Assembly (NCBI GenBank): GCA_017542475.1
Contig: JAFXXD010000024.1
Span: 1,097-65,096, forward strand
Length of the DNA: 64,000 bases
Direction: 5' to 3'
Origin: Ruminococcus sp.
Lineage (GTDB): Bacteria > Bacillota > Clostridia > Oscillospirales > Ruminococcaceae
How positions within the stretch are numbered: the first letter of the stretch is position 1; every line of letters begins with the position of its first letter. Both the position numbers and the translations under genes were made by a program. Of this stretch, positions 32,961 to 43,416 are shown piece after piece. The notes under the pieces were generated by a model, which was given only the letters and a program-made list of their open reading frames with translations, searched no databases and was not told where the DNA came from.

Positions 32961-33114
32961 AGTGATTACCTCTTTCATTTCGGATTTTTCGCGGGCAGAC
33001 GCCGATACAGAGGGTGACGCCGCCTGCGGTCATTATAATGATACACAATTGCGGGTGAAATTGCAATGTGCTATATCCACAAATATGAGCCCGCGGGATT
33101 GTGAGTATTGCCCA

Positions 33115-35007
33115 TTAAGAGAGCTCGAACATTCCCGTGTAGAGCTGGTAGTATTTGCCGTGCATTGCGATGAGGGCGTTGTGGTCGCCGCGCTCGATTA
33201 TCTTTCCGTTTTCGAGCACCATTATCGCTTTCGCGTTCCTTACCGTGGACAGGCGGTGCGCGATTACGAATACCGTTCTGCCCTCCATGAGCGAGTCCAT
33301 ACCCTTTTCGATGTGAGCCTCCGTGCGGGTATCGATGGAGCTCGTCGCCTCGTCGAGTATCAGCACGGGCGGGTCTGCGACTGCCGCGCGCGCTATCGCG
33401 AGGAGCTGGCGCTGTCCCTGCGAGAGGTTCGCGCCGTCAGCGGTGAGCATGGTCTGATAGCCGTTTTCAAGATGGGTGATGAAGTAGTCGGCATTCGCGA
33501 GCTTCGCCGCTGCGTAGACCTCCTCGTCGGTCGCGTCGAGCTTGCCGTAGCGGATATTCTCCATTACCGTGCCTGTGAAGAGGTGGGTGTCCTGAAGGAC
33601 TATCGACTGCGAGCGGCGCAGATCGCTCTTCTTTATCTTGTTGATGTTGATGCCGTCGTAGCGTATCTTGCCGTCGGGCACGTCGTAGAAGCGGTTTATC
33701 AGGTTCGTTATCGTGGTCTTGCCCGCGCCCGTCGAGCCGACGAACGCTATCTTCTGTCCCGCCTTAGCGTAGAGGCTTATGCCGTTGAGGACGGTCTTGT
33801 TCGGCTCGTAGCCGAAGTATACGTCGTCGAGCTCAACGTTGCCGCGCACCTCGGTGTAGGTGACGGTGCCGTCAGCCTTGTGCGGGTGTCTCCAAGCCCA
33901 CTTGCCCGTGCGCGTGTCTGCCTCGGTGACAGAGCCGTCCGCGCCTATCTCGGCGGGTACGAGGGTAACGTAGCCCTCGTCAGCCTCGGGCTTTTCATCG
34001 ATGACATTGAATATCCTCTCAGCGCCCGCAAGAGCCGTGAGAATGGCGTTCATCTGCTGCGACACCTGTGTTATCGGCTGTGCGAACTGGCGCGTGAACT
34101 GGAGATAGGACACCAGCCGTCCGATAGTCATTCCGCCGAAGCCGTTCACCGTCATTATACCGCCGACTATAGCCGTTGCGGCGTAGTGGAGGTAGGAGAG
34201 GTTGTTCATTATCGGCATAAGGATATTCGCGAAGGTGTGCGCCTTCGTGGAGGCGGCGCAGAGCTCCTCGTTGAGCTTGTCAAATTCGGCATTTGCGGCG
34301 TCCTCGTGGCAGAAGACCTTGACCACCTTCTGTCCGTCGATGAACTCCTCGATGTAGCCGTTTGCCGCTCCGAGAGCCTTCTGCTGGGCAATGAAGCCCT
34401 TGCTGCTGTGCTTGCCGACCACTCCGATGACCATAATTATCAGCACGAGCATAACCACAACTATGATGGTGAGTATCCAGCTGTACCATATCATCATTGC
34501 AAATACGCCGATGATAGTGATTGCGGAGCTGATACAGTTGGCGATGCTGTTGCTGAGCATTTCGCGGAGAGTATCGGTGTCGTTGGTGTAGAGCGACATC
34601 AGCTCGCCGTGGGTATGCTTGTCGAAATAGCTTATCGGGAGCGATTCCATCTTGGTGAAGAGGTCGTCGCGGATACGCTTGAGGGTGGTTGTGGATATTT
34701 TCAGCATTATGCGCTGATAGGTGAACGTGGCGAGAGCTCCTGCCGCGTATATCGCTATCATCACGCCGAGCGTGAGAATGAATTTGTGCTTGTCCCAGTG
34801 TCCGCCCTTGAGGGCTTCCTTGAGGTTGTCGATTATCGGGCTGAGCAGGGCGTTGCCCGCGACTGCGGCTGCCGAGCTGAGAGCAACTCCGAGCACCACT
34901 ATCAGGAAATGGAGCTTGAAGCCGTACATATAGCTGAATATGCGCTTGACCGTCTTGCCTGTGTTTGCGGGCTTCTGAGCGGGCTTCATACTTTTCTTGG
35001 GCGGCAT
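33115..35007 (-). CDS. Heterodimeric ABC exporter, TM288-like half
   Basis: TMD plus NBD: GSTGAGKTT, LSQGQ, VLILDE, IAHR. Confidence 0.95.
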   Translation of the reverse strand: MPPKKSMKPAQKPANTGKTVKRIFSYMYGFKLHFLIVVLGVALSSAAAVAGNALLSPIIDNLKEALKGGHWDKHKFILTLGVMIAIYAAGALATFTYQRIMLKISTTTLKRIRDDLFTKMESLPISYFDKHTHGELMSLYTNDTDTLREMLSNSIANCISSAITIIGVFAMMIWYSWILTIIVVVMLVLIIMVIGVVGKHSSKGFIAQQKALGAANGYIEEFIDGQKVVKVFCHEDAANAEFDKLNEELCAASTKAHTFANILMPIMNNLSYLHYAATAIVGGIMTVNGFGGMTIGRLVSYLQFTRQFAQPITQVSQQMNAILTALAGAERIFNVIDEKPEADEGYVTLVPAEIGADGSVTEADTRTGKWAWRHPHKADGTVTYTEVRGNVELDDVYFGYEPNKTVLNGISLYAKAGQKIAFVGSTGAGKTTITNLINRFYDVPDGKIRYDGININKIKKSDLRRSQSIVLQDTHLFTGTVMENIRYGKLDATDEEVYAAAKLANADYFITHLENGYQTMLTADGANLSQGQRQLLAIARAAVADPPVLILDEATSSIDTRTEAHIEKGMDSLMEGRTVFVIAHRLSTVRNAKAIMVLENGKIIERGDHNALIAMHGKYYQLYTGMFELS

Positions 35008-36734
35008 TATTCATCAGCTCCTTTCTGCTGTGACTCGTATACCTCGCGGTATACCGAGCTGCTGACGAGCAGCTCGTCATGCGTGCCGATATCGGTTATC
35101 TTACCGTCGTCCATAACGATTATGCGGTCGGCGTCCTGCACTGAGGAGATACGCTGAGCGATGATGAAGGTCGTCGTATCGGCGAGCTTCTCGCGGAAAG
35201 CCTTGCGTATATTGCTGTCGGTCGCTGTATCAACGGCACTGGTGGAGTCGTCGAGAATGATTATCTTGGGCTTTTTCAGCAGAGCTCTCGCGATACAGAG
35301 CCTCTGCTTCTGTCCGCCCGAGACATTGACGCCGCCCTGTCCGAGGTCGGTGTCGTAGCCGTCGGGGAAGCCCATAATGAAGTCGTGGGCGCACGCCGAG
35401 CGGCACGCGTCCTGTATCTCCTCGTCGGTGGCGTCAGAGTCGCCCCATCTGAGGTTGTCGCGGATAGTGCCCGAGAAGAGCACGTTCTTCTGCAATACCA
35501 TAGCTACGCTGTCGCGGAGTACGGTGACGTCGTATTCGCGGACGTTCACTCCGCCGACGAGCACATCGCCCTCGGTGGTGTCATAGAGGCGGGGAATGAG
35601 CTGTACGAGCGAGGTCTTCGACGAGCCCGTACCGCCGATGATGCCGATAGTCTCGCCCGACTTTATGTCAAGGTCGATGTGGTCGAGGGCGAGGTTGTTC
35701 ATATCCCTGAAGTAGCTGAAGCTCACATTGCGGAAGCTGACAGAGCCGTCAGCCACCTCGGTCACTGCCTCCTTCGGCGACAGAATGTCGGGCTCCTCGG
35801 TGAGCACCTCGTATATACGCTGAATCGAAGCTCGCGAGATGACGAACATCATAAACAGGAACGACAGCATAAGCAGCGACATCAGTATCTGGCTGACGTA
35901 GGTGATGAAGCTGGTGAGGTCGCCTATCTCCATGGTTTCGCCGACTATCATATGGCTTCCGAACCACAGTATCGCGACTATGCTCGCATACATCACCATC
36001 TGCATCAGCGGCATGGAGAGGATAATCAGCTTCTCGGCGCGTACCTGTGCCGCACGGACGGCTTCGGTGTTGTCGGTGAACTTCTTCTTCTCGTAGTCCT
36101 CGCGCACGAAAGCCTTGACTGTGCGGATACCGATGAGGTTTTCCTGCACGCTTGCGTTCATATCGTCGTACTTCGTGAGCATTGCCTTGAAGCGCGGGTG
36201 GGCGTTCGTGAGTATGAGGGCGGCTCCGATGATTATCACGGGTATCGCGCAGAAGAACACTGTCGAGAGGCGGAGGTTCATCTTCAGCGCCATAACGAGC
36301 GCGAATATGAGCATTATCGGTGCGCGGAACGCCATACGTATGAACATCATATACGCGTTCTGCACGTTGGTGACGTCGGTGGTGAGACGGGTAGTCAGCG
36401 ACGCCGTCGAGAACCTATCCACGTTCGCGAACGAGAAGGACTGCACCTTCCTGAACAGTGCGCCGCGGAGGTTCTTCGCGAAGCCCACTGCCGCGACCGC
36501 GCTGAAGCGTCCCGCAACAGCTCCGAAGAAGAGCGAGACGAGCGCCATGCAGACCATAACTCCGCCCATTTTCGCGACGTAGCCGATGTCGCCGTTGTTG
36601 ATGCCCTTGTTGATAATCGCCGCCATTACATAGGGGATGAGCACCTCCATCGCGACCTCGCCCATAATGGTTATCGGCGAGAGCACCGACTGCTTCCAGT
36701 ATTTGCCGACGTGTGAGAGTATCTTTGTGAACAT
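35007..36734 (-). CDS. Heterodimeric ABC exporter, TM287-like half (degenerate site)
   Basis: GGTGSSKTS, VSGGQ, non-canonical Walker B IILDD and switch IAQR; promoter TTGACA-17-TAAAAT at 36908-36936. Confidence 0.95.
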   Translation of the reverse strand: MFTKILSHVGKYWKQSVLSPITIMGEVAMEVLIPYVMAAIINKGINNGDIGYVAKMGGVMVCMALVSLFFGAVAGRFSAVAAVGFAKNLRGALFRKVQSFSFANVDRFSTASLTTRLTTDVTNVQNAYMMFIRMAFRAPIMLIFALVMALKMNLRLSTVFFCAIPVIIIGAALILTNAHPRFKAMLTKYDDMNASVQENLIGIRTVKAFVREDYEKKKFTDNTEAVRAAQVRAEKLIILSMPLMQMVMYASIVAILWFGSHMIVGETMEIGDLTSFITYVSQILMSLLMLSFLFMMFVISRASIQRIYEVLTEEPDILSPKEAVTEVADGSVSFRNVSFSYFRDMNNLALDHIDLDIKSGETIGIIGGTGSSKTSLVQLIPRLYDTTEGDVLVGGVNVREYDVTVLRDSVAMVLQKNVLFSGTIRDNLRWGDSDATDEEIQDACRSACAHDFIMGFPDGYDTDLGQGGVNVSGGQKQRLCIARALLKKPKIIILDDSTSAVDTATDSNIRKAFREKLADTTTFIIAQRISSVQDADRIIVMDDGKITDIGTHDELLVSSSVYREVYESQQKGADE

Positions 36735-36769
36735 CAGGTTCTCCTTTCTGTGTCTCAATGTTAAAGCCA

Positions 36770-36890
36770 TTAGCCTTTAGCCTTTAGCCGTTAGCTAATG
36801 GTATCGCCTGACGGCGATATATTTCAAATAATGTCCGCGTAAGCGGACACCGCAAGCTAATGGCTAAAGGCTAACAGCTAACGGCTCTAA
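36770..36890. repeat. Inverted heptamer-arm element
   Basis: Left arm (TTAGCCT)n-like and right arm (GGCTAA[A/C])n-like, enclosing the hairpins tatcgcc-tgac-ggcgata and tccgc-gtaa-gcgga. Confidence 0.75.
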
Positions 36891-36999
36891 AATAACTGTC
36901 CTAACGCATTTTATCATATACTTTTTTTAATGTCAAGTGTATAGCACACAAATCTTCCGCGGCAGACGTCGAAGCGCGTCTGAACAACACGTTATTATC

Positions 37000-37069
37000 T
37001 GTAGGGACGCGCATTGCGCGTCCGCTGGTTTTCCGCACACCGCGCGGACGACCAATGGTCGTCCCTACA
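37000..37069. repeat. Inverted REP pair
   Basis: TGTAGGGACGCGCATTGCGCGTCCG...CGGACGACCAATGGTCGTCCCTACA. Confidence 0.85.
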
Positions 37070-37238
37070 TTTTGCTTCCTGCGTGCTAATTCAGCAAACA
37101 ATTACACAGACCGACTCTGTTGATTTTATACAAAATGCACTTACCGTCTCACTCCGCCTTGACTTTTTTGGCGAAATGCATTATAATGATAGAGTGTTTA
37201 GGTATCCGCATACACAAACAGAAAGGACGGCGACAAAA

Positions 37239-38606
37239 ATGGATTACAGATTTTCCAACATCACTCCCGAAATTACAAAGCTTGCAGAACGTTCAATAGA
37301 AAGCTACAAAATTGACCCCGAGCTGTACACGCAGTACGACGTCAAGCGCGGTCTGCGCGACATCAACGGCAACGGTGTTGTCGCAGGTCTTACAAATATA
37401 AGCACGATAAAGGTCCTCGATATGGGCGACGGTATGCCCAATCACGGCGACGGAAAGCTCTACTACCGCGGTATCGACGTCGAGGACATCGTCGAGGGCT
37501 TCATCAAGGAGAAGCGCTTCGGCTACGAGGAGACAGTATACCTCCTCCTCTTCGGCACTATGCCCAGCGAGCACGAGCTCGCGGAGTTCAGGCAGCTCCT
37601 CGCGGATTTCCGCTCGCTTCCGCCGACCTTCACCCGCGACGTCATTATGAAGGCTCCGAGCGACAATATGATGAATACCCTCGCAAAGAGCGTGCTCGCG
37701 CTGTATTCCTACGATGATATGGCGAATGATATATCTATCCCGAACGTGCTCCGCCAGTGCATAGAGCTGATAACGCTCTTCCCAGTGCTCGCGGTGTACG
37801 GCTACAACGCATACAAGTACAGCAGTGAGGGCGGAAGCCTCTTTATCCACGACCCCCGCCCCGAGCTCTCGATAGCGGAGAATCTGCTGTATATGCTCCG
37901 CCCCGACAAGAGCTTCACCGAGCTCGAAGCACGCATCCTCGACCTCGCGCTCGTGCTCCACGCCGAGCACGGCGGCGGCAACAACTCCTCCTTCACGGTG
38001 CACGTTGTTTCCTCGTCGGGCACCGACACCTACTCCGCGATAGCGGCGGCTCTCGGCTCGCTGAAGGGTCCGAAGCACGGCGGCGCGAATATCAAGGTGG
38101 CTATGATGTTCGACGATATGAAGCAGGCGGTCAGCGACTGGACGGACGAGGAGCAGGTACGCGCATATCTGCGGAAGCTCCTGCATAAGGAGGCGTTCGA
38201 CCACGCGGGACTTATCTACGGTATGGGTCACGCGGTATATTCGCAGTCCGACCCGCGTGCAAAGGTGTTCAAGGGCTTTGTTGAGAGCCTCAGCTCCGAG
38301 AAGGGCAGACACGACGAATTTGCGCTGTATTCGCTCGTTGAGAAGCTCGCTCCCGAGGTCATCGCCGAGGAGCGCCGCATATACAAGGGTGTGTGCGCGA
38401 ACGTGGACTTCTACAGCGGCTTCGTATACCGTATGCTCGGCATACCCGACGAGCTATTCACGCCTATATTTGCGGTATCGCGCATAGCAGGCTGGTCGGC
38501 GCACCGCATTGAGGAGCTCATCAACTCGAACAAGATAATACGTCCCGCGTACAAGGCGATATCTCCGATGAGGAAATATACCGATATGGAAAACCGAATG
38601 GATTAA
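37239..38606 (+). CDS. gltA: Citrate synthase
   Basis: LYYRGIDV, LHAEHGGGNNS, GPKHGGAN, GMGHAVY..SDPRA, ANVDFYSG; promoter TTGACT-17-TATAAT at 37159-37187. Confidence 0.95.
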   Translation: MDYRFSNITPEITKLAERSIESYKIDPELYTQYDVKRGLRDINGNGVVAGLTNISTIKVLDMGDGMPNHGDGKLYYRGIDVEDIVEGFIKEKRFGYEETVYLLLFGTMPSEHELAEFRQLLADFRSLPPTFTRDVIMKAPSDNMMNTLAKSVLALYSYDDMANDISIPNVLRQCIELITLFPVLAVYGYNAYKYSSEGGSLFIHDPRPELSIAENLLYMLRPDKSFTELEARILDLALVLHAEHGGGNNSSFTVHVVSSSGTDTYSAIAAALGSLKGPKHGGANIKVAMMFDDMKQAVSDWTDEEQVRAYLRKLLHKEAFDHAGLIYGMGHAVYSQSDPRAKVFKGFVESLSSEKGRHDEFALYSLVEKLAPEVIAEERRIYKGVCANVDFYSGFVYRMLGIPDELFTPIFAVSRIAGWSAHRIEELINSNKIIRPAYKAISPMRKYTDMENRMD

Positions 38607-38619
38607 ACAGAACTCAGAT

Positions 38620-38818
38620 TGTAGGGGCTGATGCCTACATCAGCCCGCCTGTTGTATGAGGGGCGATGTGGGCATCGCCCCCTACACAAAAATGTAGGGG
38701 CGGCGTTCCGCCGCCCGCCAATATACGGACAAACCACCCGACACAATGTGTAGGGACGACCATTGGTCGTCCGCAGCGATATGAATGATTCAACGGACGC
38801 GCAATGCGCGTCCCTACA
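38620..38818. repeat. Cluster of 5 REP palindromes
   Basis: Five GTAGGG-tagged hairpins belonging to five stem types. Confidence 0.85.
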
Positions 38819-38844
38819 AAGTAAACACACAGAAAGGCACAAAG

Positions 38845-39498
38845 ATGAAATGTAAACACTGCAATTACGATATACCCGACGGGGCGAAGTTCTGCCCGAT
38901 ATGCGGCGGGAAGCAGGACATTCCCGAGGGATGTGGAGCTTCCGCACCACCTCCTCCTCAGATGTACGGCTATCCGCCGCAGAATGAGAGCGTCACGGAC
39001 TCGCCCAAATTCGTCGGCTTCGGCGGTGCGATAGCGCTTTATTTCAAGAATTTTGTCAACTTCCGCGGACGCTCGACAAGAAGCGAATACTGGTTCGCCT
39101 TCCTCTTTGTGGAGCTGATAATGCTCTGCTGCTGGTTCATCGGCTTTGTTGTCCCGGGTATTTCCGTGATAGCAGAATTGGTATTCTTCGTACCGTCGCT
39201 TGCAATTGCGTTCAGACGCTTCCACGACGCGGGCAAAACAGGTATACTTCCGCTGGTAAGAACCATCGTCTCTCTTGTGTGGAAGATGGTTATGGGCGCT
39301 CTTATGATAATGCTGCTTATGTATGCCTTTGGAGTTACCTACGGCACTGATTTTAACGATAATCTCTTTTACCTGACACTTATCGGGGCTTCCGCCTTCG
39401 GTATCGTACCGTTCGGGCTGTACGTATGGCAAATTGTGGTATGCTGCTTCGACAGTGAGACCAAGCCGAATAAATACGGCAGAGAGCCGAGGTACTGA
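38845..39498 (+). CDS. Zinc-ribbon plus DUF805-like membrane protein
   Basis: CKHC...AKFCPICG; NFRGRSTRSEYW, RRFHDAGK, NKYG. Confidence 0.88.
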   Translation: MKCKHCNYDIPDGAKFCPICGGKQDIPEGCGASAPPPPQMYGYPPQNESVTDSPKFVGFGGAIALYFKNFVNFRGRSTRSEYWFAFLFVELIMLCCWFIGFVVPGISVIAELVFFVPSLAIAFRRFHDAGKTGILPLVRTIVSLVWKMVMGALMIMLLMYAFGVTYGTDFNDNLFYLTLIGASAFGIVPFGLYVWQIVVCCFDSETKPNKYGREPRY

Positions 39499-39499
39499 T

Positions 39500-40120
39500 A
39501 TGTGGAAGGATATTTCCGTTCCGTGGAGAGCGGCTTTTGAGGAGGCGTGGGAGGCATTCCGCGCGGGAAGCGTTCCCATTGGAGCGGCGCTCTGCGACGC
39601 AAGCGGCGAAATATTGCTCCGCGACCGCAACCGCTCGAACGAGGCGGCTACGGTGAACCGCCGCATATCGCACGCTGAGGCGAACCTGCTGAGACGGCTC
39701 GACACGACGGTCGGCGACCTCTACAGCCTCACGCTCTATACAACAATGGAGCCGTGCCCGATGTGTATGGGAACGGCAGTTATGGCGGGGATAAGGCATC
39801 TGCGCTCCGCCTCGCGCGACCCTTACTGCGGTATGGTGCACCTCGCCGAGAGCGAGCCTTATTACGCGGAAAAGCGCCTCGATTACACCTTCGAGGGCGG
39901 CGAGGTCGAGCTCGTGCAGATGACGGTTCAGAGCTACCGCGAGCTGAAATATGTTGACAGCGGCGCGAGCCCGAAGGTGCTCGATAAGTTTGAAGCGTAT
40001 ATGCCGCAGGCGGTCGCCGCCGCACGTGAGCTCTACGCGGCAGGGGAGCTCGAAAGGCTCGCCGAGGAAGGCACGCAAGCGGGCGAGGTCTTCGACCGCA
40101 TATTGTCTGCGGTCGGCTGA
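39500..40120 (+). CDS. Zn-dependent nucleoside/nucleotide deaminase
   Basis: VPIGA, HAE and LYTTMEPCPMC motifs; C-terminal extension beyond the TadA-like core. Confidence 0.88.
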   Translation: MWKDISVPWRAAFEEAWEAFRAGSVPIGAALCDASGEILLRDRNRSNEAATVNRRISHAEANLLRRLDTTVGDLYSLTLYTTMEPCPMCMGTAVMAGIRHLRSASRDPYCGMVHLAESEPYYAEKRLDYTFEGGEVELVQMTVQSYRELKYVDSGASPKVLDKFEAYMPQAVAAARELYAAGELERLAEEGTQAGEVFDRILSAVG

Positions 40121-40353
40121 AAATGTTTATTTTCCTGTCCCTTGATATTTCCCGCGGACAGATTTTAAAGGATTCGGTTTTTGTAAGGGATATGTACGGG
40201 ACTTCGAGCATAATTTTATCGAGGACAAGGCGAAGAGCCGCAGAAATACTTGGTGTATTCCAAGGCTGTTCAACGCAGTCATCGGTGAAATTTGCCGAAG
40301 GGCTGTGCGTATCATCTTGCAAAAACGAATCCAAAGAGAAAGGAATGATGTAT

Positions 40354-41364
40354 ATGGCAAATTCTACACAGCTCATCAACTGGGGGGGCATGACCTGCGT
40401 GAAGCTTTCAGCAGGCGGCTATGAGGCGCTTATCGCGTATGAGATAGGCTCGAATGTTATCCGTCTGCGCGATAACAAAAACGGTCTCGAATTCTTCCGC
40501 TGGTCCGACGACAACGACGCCGACGTTATAAGGCAGTCCGCAGAGGTATGGGGACTTCCCACCCTCTATCTGCCGAACCGTTTCGCGGACGGCGTGCTCA
40601 AGACCTCCGACGCTGTATATCAGCTCCCCGTGAATGAGAAGGCTCCCTACAACAACCACATTCACGGCTTTATCCACAAGCGCGTGCACGAGGTAGTCGA
40701 GCACAAGGCTGACGACAACTGCGCATGGGTCAAGACCCGCTACGTCTACGACGAAAACGACGAGTTCTTCAAGTATCTGCCGATACGCTTCGTCGCCGAG
40801 TACACCTTCACGCTCTCGGAGAACGGTCTTGAGCAGAATATCAGCTTCACCAACAATTCAAACGTTGTAATGCCTATTTCCATAGCCTCGCATACGGCGA
40901 TAAATGCTCCGTTCGTTGACGGCGCAAAGGAGGCGGATATCCGCCTGACAGTGCCGATAGGCAAGAAGTGCGAGCTCAACGAGCGCTGTCTCCCGACCGA
41001 GCAGCTTAAATCCCTGACGATGTGGGATCTCGAGTACAAGACGGGCAACAAGTGTCCCGTATTGCAGGTAGTTGACAACGATATGTACTTCGGCGAGTAT
41101 GCCGAGCTCGACCACGAGAAGTTCCACGGTGTCATCGCCGAGGACATCGCGAGCGGCAAGAAGCTCTGCTACGAGGTATCGGACGAGTACAGGTTCTGGA
41201 TAATCTGGAACGACCGCGGCTTCAATCATTACTTCTGTCCCGAGCCGATGACGGCGATGATAGACGCGCCGAATCTCAGCCTGCCTGCAGATGTTACGGG
41301 TTACCGCGAGATAAAGCCGGGCGAGACGTTCAAGTCGCACCAGCGCTTCTTCACAAAGCTGTAA
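40354..41364 (+). CDS. Aldose 1-epimerase family protein
   Basis: LYLPNRF..G, NHIHGF, HTAIN, FCPEPMT; the start could be the ATG at 40345, 40348 or 40354. Confidence 0.88.
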   Translation: MANSTQLINWGGMTCVKLSAGGYEALIAYEIGSNVIRLRDNKNGLEFFRWSDDNDADVIRQSAEVWGLPTLYLPNRFADGVLKTSDAVYQLPVNEKAPYNNHIHGFIHKRVHEVVEHKADDNCAWVKTRYVYDENDEFFKYLPIRFVAEYTFTLSENGLEQNISFTNNSNVVMPISIASHTAINAPFVDGAKEADIRLTVPIGKKCELNERCLPTEQLKSLTMWDLEYKTGNKCPVLQVVDNDMYFGEYAELDHEKFHGVIAEDIASGKKLCYEVSDEYRFWIIWNDRGFNHYFCPEPMTAMIDAPNLSLPADVTGYREIKPGETFKSHQRFFTKL

Positions 41365-41371
41365 AACAATG

Positions 41372-41404
41372 AAACGGACGACCAAAAAGGTCGTCCGTTT
41401 TTTT
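41372..41404 (+). terminator. Intrinsic terminator with a REP-like stem
   Basis: aaacggacgacc-aaaaa-ggtcgtccgttttttt. Confidence 0.8.
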
Positions 41405-41405
41405 G

Positions 41406-41543
41406 TGGGACGCCGAGAGCGGCATCCCCTACAATTCGTTGATCCGTGTCCGTTACACAAGACACGGACGCCCAATGGGCGTCCCTACATTGACTGCCGC
41501 AGGTTTATCGTTATAATGGCGGGCGGCGTCACACCGCGCCTAC
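41406..41543. repeat. 3 REP palindromes, all reverse-oriented and partly degenerate
   Basis: Each ends in CCTACA (GTAGG on the minus strand). Confidence 0.75.
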
Positions 41544-42454
41544 ATATCCGCCTTCTTCGTAGGGAATGTCATAGTCAGCGTGAGCGCGTTCTCCTCCGCG
41601 GAGGCAGCGACCCGCGCTCCCTGCTTCTCGGCAAGCAGCCGCACGATGAACAGCCCCAGCCCCGCGCTGCCGCCGCTGCGTGAAGCGTCCGCGCGGTAGC
41701 TCCGCTCGAACATCAGCTCCGTGTCGGGCATTTCGCCCGCCCGTACAGGATTCGAGAACGATATCGTGCACTGCTCCGCGCTTTCCGCTATTTCAAGGCG
41801 GAAGCTGTCGCGCGCGTACTTGATGATATTGTTGAGCACGTTCCCGAGCATTCGCGTGAGCATCTGCTCGTCAGCTCTGATGAACACCGTCTTTTCGGGG
41901 AAAACTATCTGCGGCTCGAGCCCGTGCAGACGTATCGCGGCTTCGCTGTCGGCGAGGAACTGCATCAGCACCTTCGCGAGGTTGACCTGTCTTATCTCCG
42001 CGGCGGTGTCGTCGCTCTCGAGGACGGACAGCTCGAAGAATGTGTCCGCCATATCCTTGAGCTTGTCAGCCTTTTCGCGGCAGGTCGCGAGGTATTCGCT
42101 CCCCTGTGACGAGAGGTTTTTCTCCTGCGAGAGAAGCTGTAAATTGCCGTTTATCACGGTCATCGGCGTGCGGAGGTCGTGTGCGATGTCGGATACCGAC
42201 TGCCTGAGATTGTTCTCCGCGCGGACGGCGTCGCGCTTCAGGCGGCGCTGGTGGTCGAGCGAGCGGTTTATCTCCGCGGCAAGCGAGTTGAGGCTCGGGT
42301 CGAACAGCGATAACGACAGCTGGCGGTCGTATGACGGGTCGAGGTTGAGGTGAAGCTCTCGGCGGACACTTCGCATCTGCACCTTCAGCGCGATGATATA
42401 GCCGAGCAGAGCCGCGCAAATCACCGCGAGGGCTATGAATACATACCGCTCCAT
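41540..42454 (-). CDS. Sensor histidine kinase with a single N-terminal TM
   Basis: IAHDLRTPMT H-box, NVLNNIIKYA, FERSYR, GLGLFIV; start overlaps the regulator stop. Confidence 0.93.
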   Translation of the reverse strand: MERYVFIALAVICAALLGYIIALKVQMRSVRRELHLNLDPSYDRQLSLSLFDPSLNSLAAEINRSLDHQRRLKRDAVRAENNLRQSVSDIAHDLRTPMTVINGNLQLLSQEKNLSSQGSEYLATCREKADKLKDMADTFFELSVLESDDTAAEIRQVNLAKVLMQFLADSEAAIRLHGLEPQIVFPEKTVFIRADEQMLTRMLGNVLNNIIKYARDSFRLEIAESAEQCTISFSNPVRAGEMPDTELMFERSYRADASRSGGSAGLGLFIVRLLAEKQGARVAASAEENALTLTMTFPTKKADM

Positions 42455-43134
42455 TACTGCTCCCCCTTCATCCTGTAGCCGATACCCCACACTGTCTCGA
42501 TGAGGTCCTGTCCCGAGGCTTTTTTCAGCTTCGAGCGGAGATTGCTCACGTGGACGCTGACGGTGTTGTCTTCGTAGCAGTATTCCTCGTTCCACACGGA
42601 TTCGTAGAGGTTTGCCTTCGAGTAGACCTTCTGCGGGTGCTCGATGAAAAGGAGCAGCAGACGGAACTCCTTCGCCGTCAGCGAGAGAGGCGTGTCGCCG
42701 AAGCAGGCTCGGTTCTCGGCGGGATATACCGTCAGACCGCCGAAGGACAGGGTATCGGGGAGCTCCGCCGCGCCCGTCCTGCGCAGCACGACCTCCATTC
42801 GCACGAGCACCTCGTTGAGGTCGAACGGCTTCAATATGTAGTCGTCAGCGCCGAGACGGAGCACCTCCAGCCGCGTTTCGAGCATTGAGCGCGCCGATAT
42901 GACGATGACGGGCGTATCAGAGTGTGTGCGGAGCTCCGCGATGAGGCGTTCGCCGCTTATATTAGGGAGCATAAGGTCCATCAGTATCAGGTCGAACTGC
43001 TCCTGCGCGAGGAGCTTCGACGCGGCAAGACCGTCGGCGGCTTCGCTGACCGCGCACCCGTTCTTCGTGAGGAAGTCGGCGAGGATACGGCGTATATCGG
43101 GCTCGTCCTCGACTATTGCTATCCTTGCGTTCAT
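42454..43134 (-). CDS. OmpR/PhoB-family response regulator
   Basis: IVEDE, LMDLMLP, GADDYILKPF, ETVWGIGYR; promoter TTGATT-17-TATAAT at 43163-43191. Confidence 0.95.
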   Translation of the reverse strand: MNARIAIVEDEPDIRRILADFLTKNGCAVSEAADGLAASKLLAQEQFDLILMDLMLPNISGERLIAELRTHSDTPVIVISARSMLETRLEVLRLGADDYILKPFDLNEVLVRMEVVLRRTGAAELPDTLSFGGLTVYPAENRACFGDTPLSLTAKEFRLLLLFIEHPQKVYSKANLYESVWNEEYCYEDNTVSVHVSNLRSKLKKASGQDLIETVWGIGYRMKGEQ

Positions 43135-43416
43135 AATATCACCTGCCTGAATTAATGTAACAATTATAACACAAAGCTCCGCGAAAATCAACACAGCTTT
43201 GCGGTACGTAGACAGTTTCCGTTCCAAATGCATTACAGCACGAGCCGACGGCGGAGCTCCACGCCGCCGATATCGCGGCATAAATGAACAAAACGGAAAT
43301 TTATTCCCGCGCCTGTTGCTTTTTTCACAATTATGTGGTATAATGTATGTGACACTAACAGGAGCGCGGCTGACGGCTCCGAAATCTGCCTCCCGCGAGG
43401 CAAGAAAGGACAGAAT

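Noticed and set aside
33010-33045. Weak ~30-nt similarity to 41505-41535
   Set aside because: Too short and degenerate to call a repeat.
40671-40679. DnaA box TTATCCACA
   Set aside because: A single copy inside the aldose epimerase coding sequence; expected by chance.
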